Under the pieces are notes generated by a model. That model was not told the DNA's origin. It searched no databases and saw only the letters and a program-made list of their open reading frames with translations. This document shows, in pieces, positions 44,038 through 54,418 of a DNA stretch of 64,000 nt (positions are counted from its first letter, which is position 1; every line of letters starts with the position of its first letter). The translations under genes and the position numbers were made by a program. The DNA comes from Clostridiales bacterium. Its GTDB lineage: Bacteria; Bacillota; Clostridia; Caldicoprobacterales; UBA3941. The stretch lies in the NCBI GenBank assembly GCA_012735575.1, contig JAAYGY010000054.1, forward strand, positions 3,109-67,108, written 5' to 3'.

Positions 44038-45244
44038 AAATCTAAAATATATTATTTCAATCTCTTTTGTTCTCTTATTAGCTGGGCTTTACACAGGAGA
44101 ACGAATATTTTTTATTGGATTAGGCTTTTGTGTATCACTTTTATTATTCTCCCTTGCAACTGCACTGTGGGTGGTGCTGGATTTTAATTACACTCAAAGT
44201 ATAGAGCCAAGGCAGGTTACCAAGGGAAGTAAAGCTATACTACTAATGGAAATCCATAACGATAAATTTTTTATATATCCTTTTATTAAGGTTTATTACC
44301 AAACACCTGAATCTTGGATTACAGGTTCACTTAAAGAATCCAGTTGTAGCATTTTGCCTGGTCAGCAACATATTATCAGGGAGGAAATAGATTGTAATAT
44401 TCGTGGTAGATTCCCAATAGGGATTAAAAAAATAGAAATAAGTGATCTTTTCGGTTTTTTTAACTTTACTCTTGATCTTGCCAACCAATCCTATTATCGA
44501 TCCTTATATTTAGATGTTTGGCCAAGGATCCTATATTTAGGTTCTCTACCTATTCCACAGATAGATCATGAGGGTGGGCTAAAGCTTAATATGATGAGTA
44601 CTCAAGAGTTTTCAAATATATCCGATATTAGACAATACCGTTTTGGTGATCCCCTAAAGAAAATCCATTGGAAACTCTCTTCCAAGTTTCAAGACTTGTT
44701 GGTAAAAAACTATGAAACTGACACACAGCCAGAAATCCTCTTCTTTATTGAAACATCCTACAGCGAAGATAAAGATATAATAAATTATCACATAGAAGAC
44801 CAGATAATTGAATGTGCTACCGCCGTTATTTATTATCTCTTATCTAATTGGATATCAGTTGAACTCATAACCTACTCGGGTTCCCGTCAAGGACTAACAG
44901 GAAGGAACTTACAGGATTTTGATAGAATTTATGGTTTTTTAGCCCGGCTCCCCTTTTCCAGCTCTTTTTCCATAACTGATATCCTAAAAATGGAACAACA
45001 TGCTTTAAGAAGCGGAACAGGTGTCTTTCTCATAGTAAAGAATCTATCAACTCAACTTTTTAATACCTTGTTTCTAATAAAGGACAGTAATATATCTATT
45101 CTATTATTCTATATACGCAATCCTCTAAAATCTACAAGGGAGGATGACCAAATTATTCAGGAGCTTGAGGAAAAAGAAATAACTACTATAGTTGTCGACA
45201 TTGATAAGCGCTTAGATAAAATATTGGAGGTCTTTTATACATGA
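44030..45244 (+). CDS. DUF58-domain protein (MoxR partner)
   Basis: Two N-terminal TM helices. The motif IRQYRFGDPLKKIHWKLSSK matches the DUF58 R-x-Y-x2-GD-x4-I-x-WK pattern. It overlaps moxR by 8 nt. Confidence 0.75.
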   Translation: MAKNLKYIISISFVLLLAGLYTGERIFFIGLGFCVSLLLFSLATALWVVLDFNYTQSIEPRQVTKGSKAILLMEIHNDKFFIYPFIKVYYQTPESWITGSLKESSCSILPGQQHIIREEIDCNIRGRFPIGIKKIEISDLFGFFNFTLDLANQSYYRSLYLDVWPRILYLGSLPIPQIDHEGGLKLNMMSTQEFSNISDIRQYRFGDPLKKIHWKLSSKFQDLLVKNYETDTQPEILFFIETSYSEDKDIINYHIEDQIIECATAVIYYLLSNWISVELITYSGSRQGLTGRNLQDFDRIYGFLARLPFSSSFSITDILKMEQHALRSGTGVFLIVKNLSTQLFNTLFLIKDSNISILLFYIRNPLKSTREDDQIIQELEEKEITTIVVDIDKRLDKILEVFYT

Positions 45245-47538
45245 AAAGGTTTGGACTGTTAGAATGGGTAGCAGATGGTTTCACCTTTTTACTACTAACA
45301 GGCAGCCTAGCCCATACCTTGTTTATATCCTTATATATGTCAATTCCTTTCTACAAAACCTTGGCTGTATCTTTATTGTTTTTTCTAGTCTTATCCTTTA
45401 TTTTTATGTGGCCTATTATTTTTTTCTTAGCCGCTGGAACGGTTCCTTTAGCTTTATGGCTTTTTAAAATACCTTTACCCGTTGATTGGTTTTCTACAGT
45501 TGTTGAGTTCTTGCAATGGGCTATTTTCTATCCTCTAGGGCTAGCTCCCTTTGATGAAGTTTATGTTAAGCCCTTTGTTTTCCTAGCAATTGGTCTTTTT
45601 TCTATAATACTTTACATTTTTACTATCCGTCTTAGATCACTGCTTTTACCTCTGATTTTTGGAGTTGTTCTTATAGGGACAGAATGGTATCTGGGACATA
45701 CCTATATAACTTCATATGTGTGGATTTTTGCCTTTTCCATTATTCTTGTCATGGCAAACAAACGCTACATTAAATTATCTAAAACTACTCAACTACCTGG
45801 TCAGGGGCTTTGGATTATGTGGACAATACCCCTTGCCATAATTACTGTAATTAGTGCTACCATACTAACTCCTACAGATACTGCTGACTTAAAATGGGAG
45901 GCTTTGGAGAATTTAGTAGAGGATTTTCGTGAAAATAGGATTGGAGATTCTTCCTTTACCCGGCCCCGGCAACCTTTTCGTCTATCCTCCACAGGTTTTA
46001 CCGGTCCCGATGGTGAGCTAGGTGGACCAGTGCAACTTAATAGAGATATAGTTTTAGAAATAAAGGCCCCCTTTCCTACTTATCTTCGAGGTAGTATATT
46101 AAATTATTATACTGGTTCATCATGGAAAGATACTATCCAAGACTATAGATACCAGTTTTCCAATAAAAGATGGTCAGAGTATAGAACTAGAGCCTTTGAT
46201 TGGGACGAAGCTCTGTGGCAAAATACAGATAATCTTGATGCCTACATAAAGGAGGGATTATTGACCCCCTATGAAATAACCATCAAACATGTAGGTATAA
46301 AAACCAGTGTCTTGTTTAATGTCCAGTTTACAGAGAATATTAACCCCCAAAAAAGAAACTCCTTTAAACCTTATTTCAACACAAAAAGTGAAACCTTTAC
46401 ATCCAGAAATTTAAATGCACAGGACTTATATATCATAGAAGGAATAGTAGCTAAAACTTATGACCCCGAATTTGCCAATCTAATAGATCAACACAGCAAG
46501 ATCAAGGAAAATTCTCCTAAGGAAGAGTATATAAAGGAAAATTATACGCAACTACCTGACTCCCTGCCTAATCGAGTTGTAGATTTGGCTTTTTCCATTG
46601 TGGAAGATGCACACTCTCCCTATGATATGGTTATTAGGATACAAGATTATCTAAGAGAAAACTATTCCTATACTTTAAATACTCCTCACACCCCTCCTGA
46701 CAGAGATTTTGTGGATTATTTTCTATTTGATCTTGAAGAAGGATATTGTACCTATTTTGCCTCCGCAATGGCAGTAATGTTACGATCAGTGGGAGTTCCT
46801 GCAAGATACATAGAGGGATTCTCCATGTCAAGTCATTCCTACGGCCATAGTAGTTATATATATAATGTGAGAAATAGTGATGCTCATGCATGGGTTGAGG
46901 TTTATTTCCCTAACATAGGGTGGTTAACCTTCGATCCAACTCCAGGCTCTCAGCAATCCACTACAAACCAGGAGTTAAACAGGAGTTCAAATTATGAGGA
47001 TTATATAAACGATTACCTAATGGATTATCCTCCCTATTATGAATTGCCCCAGCTAAATGATATATACTTACCTAACCAGGATCTTTCCCACAAGGATAAC
47101 GACAATAAAATATTAGTTATCATCATTATTATAGTCTGTCTGATAGGTTTAATTATTTTTATTCTTGGTCTACTGGTTTTTCTTTGGTATCGCTCAACCA
47201 GAATTAAACCTAAAAATTATACAAATGGTGAAAAGGTTATGTTTTATTATAGCCAAATCCTTTGGCTGCTCCGGTTATATGGTTTTCCTCCTCTTCCCGG
47301 GGAAACACCCTATGCCTATGCAAAAAGGGTAGATTCATGGTTAATTAACAAGGATACAGATATGACAAGTGTAACAAAGGTATTAGTAGAGTATCAATAT
47401 GCCTCCATTGAACCAAAGGAAGATCAGATAAAAGTTATAGAAAAACTGTATAGGGATATGGAAATGGATATTATTGATATATTAGGAATACATCTTTTTA
47501 TGTTTGAATATGTAAAAAAAGTCCTCTCACCTTTCTAG
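45241..47538 (+). CDS. Transglutaminase-like membrane protein
   Basis: ~6 N-terminal TM helices. The transglutaminase core is EEGYCTYFASAMAVMLRSVGVPARYIEGF...DAHAWVEVYF...FDPTP (Cys-His-Asp). There is a late TM helix (ILVIIIIIVCLIGLIIFILGLLVFLW). The ATGA overlaps the DUF58 gene. Confidence 0.8.
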   Translation: MKRFGLLEWVADGFTFLLLTGSLAHTLFISLYMSIPFYKTLAVSLLFFLVLSFIFMWPIIFFLAAGTVPLALWLFKIPLPVDWFSTVVEFLQWAIFYPLGLAPFDEVYVKPFVFLAIGLFSIILYIFTIRLRSLLLPLIFGVVLIGTEWYLGHTYITSYVWIFAFSIILVMANKRYIKLSKTTQLPGQGLWIMWTIPLAIITVISATILTPTDTADLKWEALENLVEDFRENRIGDSSFTRPRQPFRLSSTGFTGPDGELGGPVQLNRDIVLEIKAPFPTYLRGSILNYYTGSSWKDTIQDYRYQFSNKRWSEYRTRAFDWDEALWQNTDNLDAYIKEGLLTPYEITIKHVGIKTSVLFNVQFTENINPQKRNSFKPYFNTKSETFTSRNLNAQDLYIIEGIVAKTYDPEFANLIDQHSKIKENSPKEEYIKENYTQLPDSLPNRVVDLAFSIVEDAHSPYDMVIRIQDYLRENYSYTLNTPHTPPDRDFVDYFLFDLEEGYCTYFASAMAVMLRSVGVPARYIEGFSMSSHSYGHSSYIYNVRNSDAHAWVEVYFPNIGWLTFDPTPGSQQSTTNQELNRSSNYEDYINDYLMDYPPYYELPQLNDIYLPNQDLSHKDNDNKILVIIIIIVCLIGLIIFILGLLVFLWYRSTRIKPKNYTNGEKVMFYYSQILWLLRLYGFPPLPGETPYAYAKRVDSWLINKDTDMTSVTKVLVEYQYASIEPKEDQIKVIEKLYRDMEMDIIDILGIHLFMFEYVKKVLSPF

Positions 47539-47549
47539 AGTGAGAGGAC
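47521..47549. terminator. Bidirectional hairpin overlapping the 3-prime end of the transglutaminase gene
   Basis: gtcctctcac (47521-47530) pairs with gtgagaggac (47540-47549). The TAG stop (47536-47538) lies in the loop, and the hairpin is followed by TTTTC. It sits between convergent genes. Confidence 0.6.
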
Positions 47550-47553
47550 TTTT

Positions 47554-48501
47554 CTATCTGTAAAAATCATGATTTCCTATTGTGGTTATATATTGTCTGT
47601 TTTTAACAATCCAAGTTCCAGCAGCTTTTTTAGGATTAAAGAAATATAATGCATCTCCAACGGGTTTGCTGCCAAAATAAGCTTCTTCTGCTGCTTTTAA
47701 GGATTCTGATCCAGGATTGTTGTAAATGGTACCATCCTGTACAGGACTAAACTGAGGTATTCCCTGATAATATTCAAAAATTACACTATAGATGGTGTTA
47801 GGGAATTGACTGGAATTTACCCTATTTATAACAACATTGCCCACGGCTACTTTTCCCTTATAAGGTTCTCCTGCGGCTTCTGCATGAATGATTCTTGCCA
47901 GCCAAAAGATGTCATCTCTTTGTTTAGCTGTTAGACTACTTCTGCTTGTAGCAGCCTTAGTAGCAGGTTTGCTGTTGAACAGGGCATTTTGAGTTTCCGA
48001 TCCTGCTATCCCGTCAATCCTAAGTCCATGATCTGTCTGAAAAGCAATAACTGCTTTTTCCGTAACATGTCCATAGTATCCGGTAGCAGTTCCTTTAAAA
48101 TATCCCCTTGCTTTGAGAGCATTTTGAAGATCCCTAACCCTTTCATTACGCATTCCAAAGTACAACAGACCAGTATATCCACCTGTGCTGCTCTCATAGA
48201 GTGCTTTCTGGGTCTGCTGACCTGCTATTCCGTCTACAGCCAGGCCATAATCCTTTTGAAATCTTATGACTGCATCTTTTGTTATAGTTCCATAGTAACC
48301 TGTAATATTGGGATAGGTAAAATATCCTTTGTTTTTTAGAGCCTGCTGTAGTCGGGATACTGCCTGCCCTCTGCTGCCAATCTTAAGTAATGGGTAAGAT
48401 GCAGCTTCAACCTCCATAGTAGGTTCTACCATAAAACCTATAACTAATAATATAGTAACTACCATGGTAAGTATAGTAGTTACCCTCCTCTTTTGACCCA
48501 C
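47554..48501 (-). CDS. SleB-type cell-wall (spore cortex) hydrolase with two peptidoglycan-binding domains
   Basis: Signal/TM VTTILTMVVTILLVIGFMV. There are two PG_binding_1 repeats (GSRGQAVSRLQQALKNKGYF...VDGIAGQQT; NERVRDLQNALKARGYF...IDGIAGSET). The C-terminal hydrolase is IFWLARIIHAEAAGEPYKGKVAVGNVVINRVNSSQFPNTIYSVI. Confidence 0.8.
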   Translation of the reverse strand: MGQKRRVTTILTMVVTILLVIGFMVEPTMEVEAASYPLLKIGSRGQAVSRLQQALKNKGYFTYPNITGYYGTITKDAVIRFQKDYGLAVDGIAGQQTQKALYESSTGGYTGLLYFGMRNERVRDLQNALKARGYFKGTATGYYGHVTEKAVIAFQTDHGLRIDGIAGSETQNALFNSKPATKAATSRSSLTAKQRDDIFWLARIIHAEAAGEPYKGKVAVGNVVINRVNSSQFPNTIYSVIFEYYQGIPQFSPVQDGTIYNNPGSESLKAAEEAYFGSKPVGDALYFFNPKKAAGTWIVKNRQYITTIGNHDFYR

Positions 48502-48648
48502 AAAAATCCCCCTTTATATGTATTATGTTAAGTTGACGTAATACATTATATGGGGGAACTATCTCTTGGTCAAATCGGTTAAGCTGTGAACCTGTCTTTT
48601 ATTACAAAAATATGACACAATTGTTAAGTCAACTTAATAGAATTCAAA

Positions 48649-49629
48649 CTATTTCATACCTATACCATATTTGTCCATAAATGCTTTTACTGCGCCTACC
48701 ATTCCCGCATCATTACCAAGCTGAGCTGCCATAATCTCAAGTTCTGAAACAAATGCTGGCATAGATCTCTTAAATACTTCCTTTTTTATAGGCTCTACTA
48801 TCTTATCCTTTTGCATTGAAACCCCTCCACCTATAACTACAGCTTCAGGATTTAATATATGAAGTAGGGAAACAATACCTATGGCATTATATTTAACAAA
48901 TCTCTCTATACATTCTTTTGCCAATTGATCGCCCATTTCTGCTGCTTCGAAGATTACTTTACCGTTAATTCTATCCAAATTTCCATCTATAATATTACAA
49001 ATCACACTGACATTTCTACTTTCTTTTAATTTCATTTTTACACTTCGTACTAAGGCTGTCATTGAAGCATACTGCTCCCAGCATCCTTTGCTTCCACAAG
49101 TACAATCTATGCCATTTGCTTCTACTATCATATGTCCTATCTCGCCGCCTATTCCCTGGCTTCCTGTCAGCAGCCTTCCATCTTTTATTATGCCTCCGCC
49201 TATACCTGTTCCAATTGTATATGCAAAAAAGTCGTTAAACTTTTGTCCAGCTCCTATCCATTTCTCAGCTAAGGCTGCACAGTTTGCATCGTTCTCAACA
49301 TGGGTTTCTAGTCTAAACTTCTCCTCAAATTCCCTTTTAATATTAACTCCTATCCAATTAGGTATATTGCCACAGGCACCTATTACTTCTCCTTTTTTAC
49401 TATTTATCTGTCCGGCTGCTGAGATGCCAATGCCTTTTACATTCCATCCCTGTGACCTTGCATATTCATAAGCAACAGATGCTGCATCCTTTGCCACCTC
49501 AATAAGGGGACTTTGATAATCATTTATATTAGATGGAGTTTCTTGTTTATATAAAACTTTTCCTACTGTATCCACAATTCCTGTCTTTATAGCGGTTCCA
49601 CCTATATCAACTGATAGTAGCATTCCCAT
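48649..49629 (-). CDS. ROK-family sugar kinase (N-acetylmannosamine/glucose kinase-like)
   Basis: LSVDIGGTAIKTG is the ATP motif. GIGGEIGH and the zinc motif CTCGSKGCWEQY are the ROK signature. I chose the start at ATG 49629 (GGGAG RBS). Confidence 0.85.
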   Translation of the reverse strand: MGMLLSVDIGGTAIKTGIVDTVGKVLYKQETPSNINDYQSPLIEVAKDAASVAYEYARSQGWNVKGIGISAAGQINSKKGEVIGACGNIPNWIGVNIKREFEEKFRLETHVENDANCAALAEKWIGAGQKFNDFFAYTIGTGIGGGIIKDGRLLTGSQGIGGEIGHMIVEANGIDCTCGSKGCWEQYASMTALVRSVKMKLKESRNVSVICNIIDGNLDRINGKVIFEAAEMGDQLAKECIERFVKYNAIGIVSLLHILNPEAVVIGGGVSMQKDKIVEPIKKEVFKRSMPAFVSELEIMAAQLGNDAGMVGAVKAFMDKYGIGMK

Positions 49630-49719
49630 TGCTACCACTCCCTTTTATTAATTTCTCCATTTAAAATTGGGAGTCAACTAACCAAGTTTTAGCTGATTCC
49701 CAACCAAATATAGTTTGCT

Positions 49720-50835
49720 CTATAGGATTTTTTGCACTGTTTGATCCAACTCTGATAAGTTTAATCTAACCGTCATTATATAGGGATTATCAAACTTTTC
49801 ATCCCAATATCCATAGGAAGTCAGAACAAATGTACCGTCAGATAACACTACATTACCTGCATATCCACAATCTCCTTTATGAAACTCTTGCATTAGCCTT
49901 ATATAGTACTGACCTGGTTTATTATTTTTTAAGTCATCATAGGTCCCTACCCAGGCACACCAATCTCCTGCTACCCATTCATCATCTATCATACTTCTTT
50001 TTTTCCTGACTATTTCCCTAAAGCAGATAAGTAATCTGCCTGATACAGGACAATACTGGGCTTTATGCCTTTCACCCATTAAAAAGCCAGGCATCTCCCT
50101 TGGTGGAGTCCAGGTATTTCCCTCATCTTGAGAAAAGGCGATCATGGCGTTAGTCCGCTTATGTTGGGCTCTGGCCAGCAAAGCTATTTCCTTCCCATCA
50201 GGAGATCTTACTAGCTCTATTTCACATAAGCCTGCATGTTTTTCAATCTCATCGTGTTCTTCCAACAGTCGTACTGGCTCACTCCATTGTTCATTCCCAT
50301 TTTCATCGAAAGTCAAATAAATTTTCCAATTATTATATTCACTATCATGGAAAACTGCCATCCATTTATCCTGCCAGCTTCCATTCTCATCTTTTAACCT
50401 TATTAAACTAGCATGAGCAACAATAGTTTTAAATCCAGGGAAGTAATGTTTAAATTCCGTCCATGTTTGTCCATTATCTTCTGAATAAGATGTTTTAAAT
50501 CCTCCTGGATCCCGTGGAAGCCCGCTTATTAGTTCTAATCTCTTCGTGCCGTCAGATTTTTCTATTAAATATATAGTAGGGGTTTCCTGACTGGTCTCCC
50601 AACTCTCTGGTGTATGTAGTCTGTCACTCCATGTCTTGCCTCCATCGGTACTTTTCTTCATTATAATGGGGCCTTTTCCATGTCCTTTGGGATAAAAAGT
50701 ATATATAGTACCATCTTCTAAAAGAACGGAGTCGGGATGCCCCAAATATTGGCCTTCTTCCCTGTCCACTAAATACTGGATATCTTTATCTGCAGATAGA
50801 TCCACACATTTTATAGCAGTTAATTTATAACTCAT
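49720..50835 (-). CDS. Signal-less BNR/Asp-box (sialidase-fold) protein lacking the RIP motif
   Basis: Asp-boxes STDGGKTWS, SEDNGQTWT and SQDEGNTWT. There is no N-terminal signal peptide. There is no (F/Y)RIP motif near the N-terminus. Confidence 0.75.
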   Translation of the reverse strand: MSYKLTAIKCVDLSADKDIQYLVDREEGQYLGHPDSVLLEDGTIYTFYPKGHGKGPIIMKKSTDGGKTWSDRLHTPESWETSQETPTIYLIEKSDGTKRLELISGLPRDPGGFKTSYSEDNGQTWTEFKHYFPGFKTIVAHASLIRLKDENGSWQDKWMAVFHDSEYNNWKIYLTFDENGNEQWSEPVRLLEEHDEIEKHAGLCEIELVRSPDGKEIALLARAQHKRTNAMIAFSQDEGNTWTPPREMPGFLMGERHKAQYCPVSGRLLICFREIVRKKRSMIDDEWVAGDWCAWVGTYDDLKNNKPGQYYIRLMQEFHKGDCGYAGNVVLSDGTFVLTSYGYWDEKFDNPYIMTVRLNLSELDQTVQKIL

Positions 50836-51017
50836 CTTTTCACCTCAATAATCTAAGCCTTGTACTAGTTAAACAGTTATCACCAACTGCACTTAATGGC
50901 TATTGAAGGTTGGTTTCATCACTGATTTGGAGAAAGCCAAATCAATAAAGGCACTCACTTATCAATAGCCATTATATCTTCATAGTGGTAGTAGTTGAGT
51001 TAACACTATCAGTTAAT

Positions 51018-51953
51018 TTAAGATAAAGTTTCTAGCAACTTTACATTCAGAGGATTCTTACTTTGTTTTAGATTTAATAAGTCCTTTCTCAAGGCTTCCT
51101 TCTCCTCTGTTGTAAAGCTCTTAAAGGGCCTTCTGTTTCTTCCGCAATCTACACCTAGCCATTTCATTGCCTGCTTTAGTGATACATGATAGGTATATCG
51201 GGCAAAGATTTCGATAATATCGTTGGCAATAATCTGATGTTCCTTAGCTACATTAATATCTCCCTCTTCTATAGCACTGAGCATTTGGATAAATACTTCT
51301 GGAATGCAATTATAGCTGCTGCCTATGATACCGTCTGCTCCCATTAACATTCCTGAAAGGGCCATTTCGTCGGCACCAGAATATACCGCAAAATTACCAC
51401 CTAGTCTCTCCTTTATTCTCTGCATCTCAAAATGATTCATGGATGTATATTTGATGCCCTTTACATTGTCTATCTCCGCTAGTTTTACTATTGCATCTAT
51501 TCCCATGTCTACTCCAGTTGTAGCGGGAATACTATAAATTATCAATGGAAGGGGTGTTGCATCTGATATATCCTTGTAATAGTTGTAGATTTCGTCAAAG
51601 CTAAATTTATAATAGAAAGGAGGTACAGAAGATACAGCTGCTGCACCAGCTTCATATGCATGCTTTGCCAGTTCTACACTTATCTTGGTAGATATGGCTC
51701 CTACATGAACTATCACTGGCACCCTATCTTTTACCTGATCAATTACAACTTCAACTACCTTTTTTCTCTCTGTTTCATCCATTAAGAATCCTTCCCCGGT
51801 GCTACCGGTAAGATAAAAACCATCTACTCCTATGTCCAAAAGATACTCAACAAGATTCCTGGTTTTTTCTTCGTCCACTGACTCATCTTCTTTAAATGGA
51901 GTTACCAGTGCAGGTATAACTCCTTGTATTTGCTTCATTTCCCACTTTTTCAT
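51018..51953 (-). CDS. nanA: N-acetylneuraminate lyase
   Basis: DHDPS/NAL family. GVIPALVTPF...GFYLTGSTGEGFLM...GIKYTSMN, with the Schiff-base Lys in the K-Y-T-S context. I chose the start at ATG 51953 (AAAGGGGA RBS). Confidence 0.9.
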   Translation of the reverse strand: MKKWEMKQIQGVIPALVTPFKEDESVDEEKTRNLVEYLLDIGVDGFYLTGSTGEGFLMDETERKKVVEVVIDQVKDRVPVIVHVGAISTKISVELAKHAYEAGAAAVSSVPPFYYKFSFDEIYNYYKDISDATPLPLIIYSIPATTGVDMGIDAIVKLAEIDNVKGIKYTSMNHFEMQRIKERLGGNFAVYSGADEMALSGMLMGADGIIGSSYNCIPEVFIQMLSAIEEGDINVAKEHQIIANDIIEIFARYTYHVSLKQAMKWLGVDCGRNRRPFKSFTTEEKEALRKDLLNLKQSKNPLNVKLLETLS

Positions 51954-51967
51954 TTTTTTATCCCCTT

Positions 51968-53009
51968 TCAATAGAACCACTCTTTATCAATAATTCTAAG
52001 CTTTAAGGATGTGCCTTCGAAGTCTTTTTTAGTTGCAAGGTTATACCACTCATAGTAGGTAAGATATACCTTTTGCCCTATAAATGTTATGCTGGTATAG
52101 GCATGGCATATCTCAGGTGACATTTCAAGATATTTTATGGATTTCCATGTTTCTCCTTCATCTTCTGAGATAGCACTGCATAAAGGCCATCTATCTGACC
52201 ATTTTGCATATTTACCATAGACACTGGGATTCCAAATTATTAACAATTTATTTGTATCCGGTATTCTTTTGATTGTAGCTGGTGAGCAACAGGAAACTAA
52301 AGGCATGGGTTCAGGAGTCGTCCAAGTGTCACCATTGTCATAGGATTTTGCTTTATATATACCCTTTATCAGACCTTATAATCATCATCAAACTGCCATC
52401 TCTTAATTCTACAAGTCCAGGTTCTTGAACCCCAGTTCGGGAATCATCTAATACTAGGCTTTCTTTACTCCTTTGCCAAGTGGCTCCATCATCATCGGAA
52501 TAATAACATATTCCTACTGCAGAATTATTGTTGGATGAAGGCTGAGAACAAGCAGCAGGCACTATTATTCTGCCACATTTTGTTCTTATTACTCTTGCAT
52601 TGTTCACAACATTATAGCCATCAACCGTACTGACCTTTATTGGATCACTCCAGGATTTGCAGCAGTCAGAACTTCTTTTCATATAGCAATGTAAATCATG
52701 ATTGACCCCATCTTTTTTTAGATAAAACAACAATATGTCATTCCCTGATGATAGCAAGGATACGGACATTACATTGAATTTACCAGTATTCTCCTGAATT
52801 ATAAAAGGTTGGGACCATGTATACCCGCCATCTGAAGAAGCCTTGGCTGCAATATAACCATAACTATGATCAGCAAATCCACCTTCAAAGCAGCTCCATG
52901 CCAATAAAAGGCGGCCGTCGGGTAGCTGGATTAAATCGCCCTCGGAATTTCTTGGATTATTTTCACTGTGGGGGCATACTATTTGCTTAAAGTCCCTAAG
53001 ATTATCCAT
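51968..53009 (-). pseudogene. Frameshifted BNR/sialidase-fold gene (two ORF-track fragments, 52353..53009 and 51968..52306)
   Basis: The upstream frame ends ...RSDKGYI-TAA at 52355-52353 inside a TATATATA run. The +1 frame is open from 52375 and reads ...YKAKSYDNGDTWTTPEPMPLVSCC..., which restores an Asp-box (SYDNGDTW) colinear with SQDEGNTWTPPREMP of the 49720..50835 paralog. Confidence 0.7.
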
Positions 53010-53048
53010 CCTGTTTTCCTCCGTTTATAACCTACTTTTAGCGAATTA

Positions 53049-54356
53049 TTATTCTAAGCCCTTTATCCAATCAATAGTGAATTTAGTAAATAGAATTATA
53101 CCTGGTTCATCATCGGGTTCATATAAAAGTCCTATCTTGCCATCTGACAATGGTACCAGACAGGAATAGCCAAACCCGCCCTCCCTTACTACACGGGAAT
53201 AAGGGAAAGTTTGTCCTTCATCTTCACTCAATCTAATGGTTCCATTTACACGCTTTTCAGGATGTGCCGGATTTGACCATATTGTATATGATCTGTTATC
53301 ATCTAAATCAATTTTAATTACAGAAGATTGACATATGGGGTCAACTAATTCTTTATGAAACTCAACATCTCCCCAGGTTTCTCCCCCATCCTTGCTTATA
53401 GATACAGCAGTATAGGGCTCAGCAGAGTGGTTTCTCATAAATATTTTTAGATCCCCGTTACTTAATTCTATTACCTGACATTCTGTTAGTTCAGCTTCAG
53501 AGAAATCTAAGGATTTTGAATCTATTATTTTATCTCCCCACTTTCTACCATCATTAGGAGACTGACCACGTTTCCATGTCTTACCATTATCGTCGCTATA
53601 AATTACACAGCAAGACATTCGTCCTCTCTCCCTATTGTTGTAGTATATGGGAAATACTAATCTGCCTGCATATTTTCCTCGGGTTAACTGTATACCTATT
53701 CCAGGGCCAGCACCAATGAAGCCCATCCATTCTTCTTTAACTTGAAAGTTTAAATCTATTGGCTTGGACCATGTTAATCCATCATCGTCGCTTTTTACAG
53801 CTTGAAGAAAAGAAGTTCTAGCCTCCAATAAAGGACCTTCTTTTAAATATATATTACCAATAACACTATTAGCTTTTGTAACATCTCCAGCTTCATCTAC
53901 CAGGTAATCTGTCTCTTGTCCATTAGAATCAAAAACTTTTCCATTTTCCCTCAGGGTATACTCATTACCCTCAGGATCAAAGAGGAGTCTGTATCCGTCC
54001 TTATCAAATCCAACTCCCGGCCTGGAGTTCCATAGACCAATACCTGCTGGAGTATGATTGAAAATCATCCATATAGTACCTGTTTCTTTATCCTGAAGCA
54101 TGGCAGGATCACAAGCAGCTGAACCCTCATCACCCCTGCCTGGATAGTCTACTAACACCTGTATAGGCTCCCAGGTTTGTCCATTATCCACACTTCTTCT
54201 TATATACTTATCAATATTATTGGGATTATCACCTGCCCTATCCACCCTTGCATCAATAGCTGCTATCAGAGTACCTTTATCAGTGGAGATAATTGAAGGT
54301 ATTCTGTAGTTTTCACAATTATTCAACCCTGGATAAAATAGTTTTATATGCTCCAT
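53049..54356 (-). CDS. Exo-alpha-sialidase (GH33), no signal peptide
   Basis: YRIPSI (RIP motif) near the N-terminus. Asp-boxes SVDNGQTW, SDDDGLTW, SDDNGKTW, SKDGGETW and SEDEGQTF. 435 aa, starting MEHIKLFYPG with no hydrophobic leader. Confidence 0.85.
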   Translation of the reverse strand: MEHIKLFYPGLNNCENYRIPSIISTDKGTLIAAIDARVDRAGDNPNNIDKYIRRSVDNGQTWEPIQVLVDYPGRGDEGSAACDPAMLQDKETGTIWMIFNHTPAGIGLWNSRPGVGFDKDGYRLLFDPEGNEYTLRENGKVFDSNGQETDYLVDEAGDVTKANSVIGNIYLKEGPLLEARTSFLQAVKSDDDGLTWSKPIDLNFQVKEEWMGFIGAGPGIGIQLTRGKYAGRLVFPIYYNNRERGRMSCCVIYSDDNGKTWKRGQSPNDGRKWGDKIIDSKSLDFSEAELTECQVIELSNGDLKIFMRNHSAEPYTAVSISKDGGETWGDVEFHKELVDPICQSSVIKIDLDDNRSYTIWSNPAHPEKRVNGTIRLSEDEGQTFPYSRVVREGGFGYSCLVPLSDGKIGLLYEPDDEPGIILFTKFTIDWIKGLE

Positions 54357-54418
54357 TGTAGATACTATCCTCCATATCTTATTAATAATCTAAAATCATC
54401 AAGGCTTCTCTTTTATCT

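Noticed and set aside
48527-48637. Related elements TGTTAAGTTGAC (48526-48537) and TGTTAAGTCAACTTAA (48622-48637), partly inverted, upstream of the SleB-like gene.
   Set aside because: These are short AT-rich matches about 90 nt apart. They could be a regulator site or chance, and there is no supporting promoter logic I can verify without motif searches.
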